64,000 nt of DNA from Selaginella moellendorffii (lineage: Eukaryota > Plantae > Lycopodiophyta): the NCBI RefSeq assembly GCF_000143415.4, contig NW_003314369.1:124001-188000 (forward strand), in the 5' to 3' direction. The notes below the pieces were generated by a model. That model was not told the origin of the DNA, made no database searches, and saw only the letters and a list, made by a program, of their open reading frames with translations. The position numbers and the translations under genes are program-made. Positions 25,225-35,400 of this stretch are shown here, one piece after another (within the stretch, counting starts at the first letter, position 1; each line of letters begins with the position of its first letter).

Positions 25225-25248
25225 TTTAGGGTTTAGGGTTTAGGGTTT
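25225..25248 (+). repeat. Interstitial plant telomere repeat (TTTAGGG)3 / telo-box
   Basis: tttagggtttagggtttagggttt in the divergent promoter region. Confidence 0.75.
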
Positions 25249-26824
25249 TGTAATTCAGTAGCTTGATAAACATGCAAATACAGAACTTGATGCAAAATCC
25301 TTTGATATGTCACAATGCCCCTAGGACCATAAACACATTTCAATAGAGAGGGTCCTTTCATTTCATAACTCCTTACCTAGATCTTGGTGAAACCAGAGTT
25401 AGTGAAGTTAGTTTCTTGTGATCCCGCATCTGATTGTGATGTCCCTTTGCAGTGTCGATGGAAAGGTCAATGCACACCAAACTGTAAAATCTTGGAGCAA
25501 AATAACGGTCGGATCTATGGCAAATGCCCCTGAAACATTGTAAGGCTCGTGTGGTCTTATGTGGTGTCCGATCGAGATGCTTCTTTGCAGGGTCATCAAG
25601 AAAGACATTGTATACCATTCTGTAAAATCTAGTTGCGATCTAACGGTTGGATCTCCAGAAAACTCAAAAAAATCTCGCGCGTGTTAGAATATCCTAGGAA
25701 TATACTCCTATGTGCCCTTGAAAATGGCATGCGGCCCCACGCCATTCAAGAGATAACGCCAGATGACGCCGAGAATTTTTTGGTGCATTTTTTGGGTTCA
25801 AAATTGAATGAGCCCACACGCTATAAAGTTTATCTTTCCCAAATAGAGAAAAGTTTATCTGTGTCATGTGAGGTAGTTACAGTCCTTTGTGCTCGGCATC
25901 TGCCTCTTGCAGCATTTGCACTGAAAGGGAATTTTTCTCCATTCAGCATTTGGCCCTGAAAATGGCATGCGCCCACACGCCATTCAAGGAATAACGCCAC
26001 AGGACGCCTGGATTTTTGGGTTTAAAATGTTTAGGGTTTTTTGGGTTTTTTCAAAATATTTTGGGTCCAACGTTTTTTGGGTTTCTTTGGTTCAAAATTG
26101 CATGAGCCCACATGCTATAATATTGATTTGAGAGAAAAATAGAAACAGATAGAATTTCTTTATTTAGCTGAACATCTGCCATTTTTGGAAATACAAGATA
26201 CTTTGGAATATCCAATCATGCATGGTATAAATATAGCAAGGGTATTAAATGATATCCCAATCATGATCTTTCTTTTGGATTTCGCGTGCATGCAGTCTAA
26301 GGAATGATGACGTTGCGGATTTCTTTTGGATTTTGCGTGCTTGCATGCGCACGGCAATCCAGAAATTAATGGTGGCGCCCAAGTCCGAGGAATGATGACG
26401 TGGCGGGATTACCAACCGTTGTGACATTTCGCGCGTGTGAGGTTAGGTTTTGCATTTTGCTTCGTACTCGCGCTCGCACACTCGCGCTCCCGCTCGCATC
26501 GCGCTCCCACTCGCGATCACGCTCACTTCTCTACAGGTTTCTCGTGTGCATCGGCGTCCACTCGCGCTTGCATCACACTCACGCTCGCATCGCGCTCGTG
26601 TACATCGGCGTCCACTTCAAGACACACCCAGTTTGTAACTTCGCCGCCAACTCCGCCGCCCACTCTGCCACCCACACGCAGCCCACTTGGCGTCCTGGGA
26701 GATTTCAGCGCCACTCTCCAACTGTAAGTGGCAGAGTAGCCTTGCTGCTACGATCCGCTGCACACACAGTGCACATTTGCCAGCGAGTCCGGCCTCGATT
26801 GTCACGGCCTCCATTCGGCTTCAA

Positions 26825-29800
26825 ATGGTAAGTCTTTTAGGCCAAGTAGAAAATGGCATGAGGCCACATGCCATTCAGTAGCAACATTGGCATGCACCAA
26901 TTGGGCTCTCGAGTGCAGTCCGGTTACAGATGGCGTGTAGCCTCACGCCATCTTAGGATGCAGCCTCAAGACATCTGATGCAGTGGTGAATGGCGTGTGG
27001 CCTCACGTTATTTCCAGCTACTAGCTTTTCATCTGTCAGCTCTAATTGTTGTGCATTTCTGAACAGGCGAGGAATTGCGTTCTTCTTCTAACCACTGTCA
27101 ATGTGGATGCAGAGAAGGGGGAGGAGCTCACCAGTTGGACTTTCGGGATGGAAGGCGAGGATCTAATGCTGTACAACACAGATGGTGGGAGAAAAGAATG
27201 CATGGGGATCCTCATCCAAGTGACAGACACTCCATGCAGTTCCATGCAAGAATATGGACTGGCACTTGTGGTAGAGACAGCATCCGCCTTCAAGATCCAC
27301 CTTGCACATCCTAGCGGCTTCCCGGAGGGGGGCAGCGGCTATGAGGAATTCCTAGAGGGAGCTAGGGAGAGGTTGTCCAGGAGGCCCACAATTTCAAAGA
27401 CGCTGCAGGTCTATGAAGATCACATGGAATCCACGAACCTCACCTACGGCGATGTTCAAAAACTATATTCCAACATTGAACCGTTGAGAGTGCCTCCAGT
27501 TCGCGAAGCGAAGGGGAAGTGGGTCGATCTGGAAACTACCCCAAAGCTGAAAAGGGTGGTCAAGCTCAAGCCGACGTCCGACTCTGCTGCTCCAAAAAAG
27601 AAGCTACTCGGTGATGCCATTGCCTCGGGTTCGAACACTACACCCACCAAAAAGAAGAGCCGCAAAGAGCAGAAAGAGCAAGAAGAGGCAGCAAAAATCG
27701 TCGCAGATAATAGTACTTGTTACTATTCCAACAAAGTATATACAATCGACGTGAGCCGTATCGACATCCAAAGCAAATACAACCACAGGCTAGTATCTGA
27801 TGAGTGGGTGGAGAAACTGAAGCAGAAGATGCTGGCAAGTCCAGTAACACCCGACATCGCAGACGTGATCCCCTACTACCAAACAATGAAGGGCGAGACG
27901 AGGTTTCCAAACTTGATCAATAGGAAGGTGTTAGACGATCAGAACATCCGGTTCTATGCCGTCTCCGGGCAGCATTCTAGCTTGGCGATGCAAGAGATGG
28001 TTCTGGATATTATGGTGGGCGAGGAGGTGAAGAAAGTCTTCAAGACAAGAGTTGTCCGCCTGATAAAAGGCAACTCGCCCCTCCGATCTATCATATCCAT
28101 CTCCCACGCGCAGAATGTCAAGCAAGAAACGTGCTACAAATCGGGTCTGCACGAGACATTGGCACGAACACGGAAGCTCTGGGTTCAACTGAAGAAGCCA
28201 CAAAAACCAGGACAAGGACGTGCACTAGCAACTAGCGCCTGGCAGGTAAGCCTCGTTGCATGTGGCATAGCATGTGGCCTCACGCCATTTCCATTGCAGG
28301 AATTCTCGAGTCTTCTCTCGAAAACACTGGGGGTCAATGACACACTCAGCATCCATAACATTCTACTCGCGACAAAAGTTGTTTTTGACAAATGGGTAGA
28401 TGTGCTGAGGAGGTACCATGACGGGGAGTTGCTAAACTCAATGGGTGTGGAGGACGGCCGGAAGCCCAATGATTTGAAGCTCAACGCCTTGCGTTTCTCG
28501 CGGTCTCTAGACGACGACGACCTTCTGACAGTGGCTAATGCTCTTCTACGTGGTGAGGTAGTCTTCAACAAGACCAAAATGACTCCCGGCCATATTGTGA
28601 CATACGAGGACTTGTGCACGACTCTGAGAGCTCGTGCGCTATTGAAGGATTGGATCTTCGAGCAAGTGGCCGTGGAGAGGGTGAGCATCGACACCACGCA
28701 AGAGATGATGGAAGAGCTGGACTTGTCAAATGAAGACATCGACGAGTACGTGAAGGGGGCCCCCAAGTTCATCGATCTGCTGCGGGATGCCACGAAAAGT
28801 AAAGCTGAGAAGTTGGATCAGTATCCAAATTTCATTAAGAGGGATGTCGACCGCCGGCTTCAGAAACAGCTCGACCCCGCAGCAGAGGCCTATCGAGAAC
28901 CTTACCGGGTATACGTGAATTCGGATGAGGATCAAAGGTGGAGGAGTATCGTTTCCCGCGGAGATGAGCAGGTCAAGAGCATCTTTTGTGTGATGGACTT
29001 CACAAACGAAGAGATCACTCATGCAGATGAAGTCAGCTCCATCATTGACTTAATGGTGGGACTTGCGGAGGTAGAATCTTCAGTCCACTATATAATCTAC
29101 GACTCCGAATCCTATCACAAGTTCTGGAAGGCCTTGAACGAGGTGAAGGCTCGGTTGAAAGGCAAGGAGATGCGGGAGATCCATGGGATAATGGCTAAGA
29201 AGAAGATACCGACGAATGTCCGCATCTTCACACTCGCCCTTGTTATTGGTCCTGCAGCAGAGTGGGACTGGAGTGACTTCCCAGCTTCGTTCGACAAGGC
29301 CGATCGAATTGATCTGAGGGAGGTCAATTTACCCGTGCCTGAGGAACTGAAGACGGCTATGGAGCTTTCGAATCCAAAGAAAGCTCCAGGTGCAGCATGG
29401 GAAATGCTCAGCTGGGTCTTCAACGCAATAGCGGGTGACACCAAGGGCAAATGCGTTGTCGAGTACAACTGCGGCAGACTATTCTTTCGAGCCGCACTAC
29501 TCAAGGGTGTCCCGTGTGTTGCGGTGACAAACTCCATTGAAGAGGTGACTTCAATGGAGCATATAATTATAGTTGCCAAAGAAAAACAGTATCTTCTCTG
29601 CGAATCTGGTGAGTACGCACTTTAAGTTTAAATGTTATCTCACAAGCTCTGTATGCAGGAGCGTGGCCACCCCCAGATGCTGAAACGGCGTTAACAGCTA
29701 CTGATGTTAGGCCGAGCTCACAACCTGCACAAGGTAAGGTCACGTGAGGCCTCACGCCATTTTGATTATAGATCGTTGTGAATATTCAGACACGAGGACT

Positions 29801-32427
29801 GAAAAGCGCACTGGTGGCGTGTCGAAGAAGGACAAACAAACAAGCAATAGGAAAAAAGGAGGTACAAATTATATTTGCAATGGCGTGTGGTCTCATGCCA
29901 TTCCTTGCAGGAGACACTTCTTCAAAGGCAAAACAGGCAAGCACCAGCCAAGCTCAAACTGACAGTGGTCATAAAAAGCGAAAGCACGTTGGACAGTCGT
30001 CGGGATCAGAGGCGTTTGATTCGAAAAGGAAGAAGGGCAACGAAAAGATGATAGGTAATGCCTCGCGGTTATGGCGTGTGTGCTCATGCCATTCATTGCA
30101 GATCAAGGGCTGAGTGAAAGGAGCCAGTCACCACCTCCTGACTCAGATTCCTATGGCGGACTCCCCTTCCCCAATCTCAATGGAGAGGTACAATGGATGA
30201 GGGATGCTTTTCAAGTCAGGGCCACGTTTTTCTCATCTCGTCGTCTTCGAAGGGTGCAAGAACGTGCAGAAACCATGTTAAGACAGTCGGGTGAGGATAC
30301 GGTCCTAGGTCAAGCACTGAAACAAGCTATGGATGTCTTGTATTTTGAGATGGAGACTCGGCCAGATGATTTTCCCAAGATGGTCCTGGAAAAACAAGCC
30401 ATCCAGCCTGAGCAGCCTATGGAAGAAATGCAGGAGGGGGATGAGGAGCCAGAGAAAGATAATGAGCAGGAAGAGCAGAAGGACGAAGAGGAGGACAAAG
30501 AAGAGGAGGACGAAGAGGAGGAGGACGAAGAGGACTTGGATGGTCCTCACAATGGTGACGATCACAATAACGACGATGACAATGATGACGACGATGGCCA
30601 GCCTGAGGTGGCCAAAGAGCAGCGGAGGAAGGTCATACAAGACAAACCATCAAGTAAATAATAGTACATCCATTCCTAACCTTTTACCATTTCTAACATT
30701 GTCCATGTAGGTCGCAGAGCAAATGGTAAGTAGAGATTATTCAGTTGAATTAAGATACAAACTCTAGCCGTTAGTGTCAAGGAAGGATAGTGCCAAGCAA
30801 GGGTCGAAACGTATGTCCAATCCTTCAGAATCAGCAGTGCGCCCAAGTGATATCGGTCCTAGTTCCTCAATAGCAGTTGATGGTAAATACAGTATAGTCG
30901 ATTCAATGTGCTAATGAGTTTGTTTTTAGTTGCCAGTAGGGAGGATACCATCTCAATCGAAGGGAGATATTTGGACATGCATATGGATCCGCTAGTGGAC
31001 TCTACTTGCCTGCAAGAGTCATTAGAGCTGGTGGAGGCTACTATCCATATCAACGCCAAGCAAGCTGACCACTCTCCACTTGATGCTGCCCATACCACTG
31101 AGTCAATCTTGTCCACGTATCCAACTGACGGTGACCAGGCGCCATTGGACCCGCATAAGGCCGCCCCAGCCGCCGAGCCGGTCGTATCCTCATTTCCAAC
31201 GGACTCAACGTGTGCCCAATCATCTGACTACGCGCCGTTGGAACCTCCCTACACCGCCCCTGCTGCCTGTTCGGTCATGTCCACTTTGCCAACGGAGGCA
31301 CCAGCTGAAATGGCGTGTGATCACACGCCATCGGAACCACCCCATGCCACTGTTGAGCCAGTTGTACCAGAGTCTACAGCTGAAATGGCATGTGCCCACA
31401 CGCCATCGGATGCGATTGACCCCACATTGCAGAGGAGAGTATTTCCGCCCTTCACGTTTCCTCGACCAAAACCCTCTGAACGACCATCGGGAGCACCATT
31501 CGCTAATATTGTAGATGGTAAAATTGACTTGTACCATTTTTTATGCTGACGCATTTCATTTCAGAGTCACGGCGAAAGTACTGTATCGTTTTTTATCTGA
31601 ACGGTGTCCTTTTCTCCCATGAGCGTGGCTCGTCCTCGAATGTCACTGCACCCTCCAAAGCCTGCGGTCGCAAGTTGGTCAAAAGAGACAGATTCACATT
31701 AATCACACGGGAGAAACTGCGGGATCTAATAATAACCATGCGACACTTAAAATAGAGGGCCGGGTTCAATTTGCAATTGGGAGTTTGGACATCCATGATG
31801 CACCACAATGCATTAACATTGCTACAGATGATGCACGATCAGACGCGAGTAATATTACCATTTGACTTTCTCCTAACGCAGGAGGATTGCTTGACTATGG
31901 TCCATGTGAGGGGTAGTAAGCCCATCTTCGTCAAGCCAGAGGCTGTAGTGATGAACCGGACTGCTAGGTCAAGTGAAATCCTCATCATCGATGACTCGCC
32001 GATTAAAATTGCAGCAAACACGCACACATATGCAGTGCACCCCATCTCTTGCAGTATGGAAACTAGGGAGAAGAAACCGTATGTTCTGGGGGACCTTGCA
32101 AAACGGCTTGAAGCGATGGTGATAGAGAACCGGCCAGTCCAGGAGGTGGCTGCAGAAATCAACCAAATGGCAGATGGAACGGTATATCAGAAGCCATTTG
32201 ATCGGACAGACACCAGTCATCATTTATGGCATGTATATTGTCTAGCCAAGCACTATCCGCATCTCCATAATATGCTCAACCGGATGGGTTCTTCGACCAC
32301 TGAACATGAGCGTGGACGTATTAGAGAAGAGATGGCATTACTATTGGGTTTAAATCCTGATAGTGTGGAGAGTGATGAAATTCCAAGATTATTGTATAGG
32401 CGTTGGAGGCAAAAAATAACAGTCTGA
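26825..32427 (+). CDS. Multi-exon transposon cargo gene: ParB/Srx-like domain + degenerate N4/N6 DNA methyltransferase-like fold + acidic tract + FCP1/NIF HAD phosphatase-like domain (one nonsense codon at 31753)
   Basis: ATG 26825 is followed by GT-AG introns 26828-27066, 28246-28299, 29609-29658, 29734-29771/29789, 29862-29910, 30055-30101 ... 31518-31564, which join the ORFs in frame (splice sites around 30630-30930 are uncertain). Motifs: IDVSRI..NHRLVSDEWVEKLK..FYAVSGQHS; VVEYNCG..RAALLKGVPCVAV; VFYLNGVLF..VWTS..IIDDSPIK. Confidence 0.75.
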
Positions 32428-35400
32428 GATGGCATGTATTTATTTAAAAATGTAACTTATTATGGCATGGGGTTCCATGCCATTGTATTAATATTAAAAG
32501 ACAATTCTTTGAGAGGATTTGCATTATACTAGAAGTGTTACAGCATGTTATTGGAAGTCTACGAAGTTGTTTTATTAATAAGGGGAAAGTAAAGATTGAA
32601 TGGGGACTTGGGCTCCACCTAGACTCGGAGCAACTAAGCCAATATTAAAAGGATGGAAAGAAATTGGACGACGATGACAAGGAGAAGAGAGAGGTGAAGC
32701 AGTGGCAGGGGGAGGAGAAGTGATTGAGTAGACATTTCCTTGTTTAAAATAAAATGGCATGTGCCTCAATGCAGTTGAATTTTGTTATATTTATATACTA
32801 TATAAAGGTTTGGAAACCTTATTTTACAAGTGGGATAATGACAATTCCCACTTTAACGAAATAGAGCTTGTAAAAGGAATCATCTTGATAGTACCAGATA
32901 CTATCAGCTTGTTGATGAGGTAAACAAGTGCCTTGTGGTCGACAAAGAGGACAACTTTGGTTGACAGTATGTAGTGTCGGAACTTTTGAAGTGAGTAGAC
33001 CATGCTGAGAGCTTCTTTCTAGGTGGTGGTGTAGTTTCGTTCAGCTGGGTTTAGTAGTTGGCTGGTGTAGTAGATTGGTTGATTTCAGTTGTCGTGCTGA
33101 GTTTGGCTGAGAATTGTGCCAGTGGCAACATTGGAAGTGTCGATATGAATGTGGAACTCTTGTGTCCAGTCGGGCTTGGCAAGGATCCGTGCTGTTGTGA
33201 GTTTGAGTTGGAGAGTGTCGAATGCTTGTTGCTTTTTTGATGTCCATGTCCATTGGGCATCTTGCTTTAGTCTGTTGGTGAGTGGTTTGGCGATGTGAGC
33301 GTACTTGTGGATGAAGCGTTGGTGATATCCAACTTTGCTGAGGAAGTGTTGAAGTTCTTTCTGATTCTTCAGCAGTTTGAGTTTGGAGATGACATCAACT
33401 TTGTCCTTGTCCATCGACATCTTTTTTCGGTGGCATCATTGAGCTGTTTATAGTTGACGCAGATTCAAAGCTTGCCATTTTTCTTCGGCACAACCACCAG
33501 TGGTGAAAGCTAGATCAGATTCTAAATCAGGTAAATGTACTCGACTTGGAGATGCTTGTTGAGTTCTTTCTTGACTTGTTCCATCAGATTCAGATTCATC
33601 TGGTAGGCTGCTTGTCTTCTCAGTTTTGAGTCCAGAAGAAGGGTGATGGTGTGAAGGCTGAGTTTTGGCAAAACTCCCTTAAGGTCTCAGTAACTCCAAG
33701 TGAACAAGTGTTTCTTCTGTTGGAGAATTTTTATGCCTTTGTCTTGAAAACTTGCTAAGATGTGAGTGGCGAGTACAATGTAGTGTTCATTGCCGTCATT
33801 GGTGAGGCTGACTTTTTCAAGTTTTTGGTCAGCTTGAATTGTCAGAATGTAGGTGACTTTGTTTTGGTTGTTGACTGTGAATGCTGGTGGCACTTCAAGT
33901 TTCGTATCTTGAGTGACTGCATTTTTCAGTGCTGATGTAATCAGCGGTCATTCTCAATGGAAGTCGGCAGCGATTCAAAACAGGTCGATCTCAGCCAAAG
34001 GTTTGAGATCGAGGTAGGCTTTGAGGATTTGTTGTTCGTCATAGTCGTCGAGGCCATATTTGAGATTATATTCTTCCAAGTCGATAGGTCAGTTGTGCCT
34101 GGACAGTGATTTGGTTGCTTTTGTTGACACGCTTCAGTCTGTCCAGTCCTTGAAGGATAAGATTGTTGTTCTGCCAGTCTTGATAAACTTGGGCACTTTG
34201 GAGCCAAGGTCGACTAAGGAGAATTGAGTATCTATTGGTCTGCTCCAGTAGTTTGAGGATGACATAGTTGACTAGTATTTCGATGCCTTGAATGCTGGTG
34301 TTGACATTTTGGATGATGCCTTTGGGTCTAACTCATTGGTGGTCAGCCATTCGGATGTTGAAAGGTGCCAGGTGGACTGGGCCAATGTTGAATTGTTGAG
34401 CAAGACTTTCTTCAATAATATTGATGCTGGAGCCACTGTCAATCATGGCTCCATGAACAAGGTGTTTGTCAAGTCGTAAGTCGATTGTCAGAACATCATT
34501 GTCACAATCGCCTAGTTGAATCTTGGTTCGAAATGTGTCAATAGCTGTCTGTGTCGGATTGAGTTTGGGTGAGTCTATCAGAGTGTTGTTCAGTGCAGAT
34601 GTCAGATCAATGAGGTGTTTAGTGAGGTAGGGTGCAATCTTCAGCAGTTGGCCGATAGTGATCTGAATTTGGTTGAGGACAGTCTCTATTACTTCTTGTA
34701 TTTCCTCACATTGTTGTCAAGCTAGTGATGGTTGAGCTTCATTGTCAGAGTCTAAAATCACTAATTCGGGTGGTTGTAGAGCAAGTTGCCATTGTATCTT
34801 GGCGACTAACTTCTGCTTCTTTTTCCATTCCCAGAGTTTTGTTGGGCTCTCCGGGCCCTTCTCTTCACTATCTTCAGAATTTCTATCTGGTTGTTGTTGT
34901 TTTTCTACTCGAATTTGTGCTCAGGTTTGTACTGCCTTGACTTGAGGATTGGAGTCGTCTTTGTCGGTGTAAGGTAATTCGTCGGTCTCAACCATCCTTG
35001 TTGCTGGTGGTTGCTGCTGGTTCTGATCTTGTTGACGAGGAGGAGGTGGACCAAGTCTTAGCAGACCTCCTTGGTGTTGAAGTTGAGGTTGCCATGGCCA
35101 GTTGTTGTAGTTGCCTTGGTAGCCCTTGTCTTGATAACCTTGTCCTTGGTATCCTTGGTTCTGGTATCTCGGGTATTTTTGGTATCCTTGGTTGTAGTTG
35201 TCCCAGTTTGCCAAGTAGTTTCGGTTTGGCAGGTATTGTTGATCATTATAGTTGTTGTTGTAGTCATTGTTGTAATTGTTGTTGTAATTATTGTAGCGAG
35301 ATTGATCATCGACTTTGTTGTTGGAAGTTGTTTCTCAGTGGTCTCCAGTTTGTTGGAGGTGGTGCTGGGTAGTTGTTGAAGTATTGATTCGGTTATATGG

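Larger units (their letters stand above)
20209..32775. repeat. Dispersed 22-bp palindrome ATGGCRTG-NGGCCN-CAYGCCAT, ~24 copies confined to the transposon
   Basis: Copies start at about 20209, 20298, 22121, 22178, 24024, 24094, 24192, 24792, 24867, 25724, 25803, 25962, 26097, 26853, 26930, 26990, 28267, 29739, 29880, 30071, 31310, 31385, 32462 and 32754. Confidence 0.92.
19664..32869. mobile_element. 13.2-kb TIR DNA transposon, Sola-like, with cargo gene
   Basis: Perfect 24-bp TIR AAGCTCTATTTCGTTAAAGTGGGA (19664-19687; reverse complement at 32846-32869) and 4-bp TSD GTAA (19660-19663, 32870-32873). Excision restores the host gypsy frame SR*FLLLQEYNFEIVHKP. Confidence 0.95.

Noticed and set aside
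20209-32775. Palindromic repeats as a CRISPR array
   Set aside because: Spacing is irregular (tens to thousands of bp), copies lie in introns and exons, there are no cas genes, and the context is eukaryotic.
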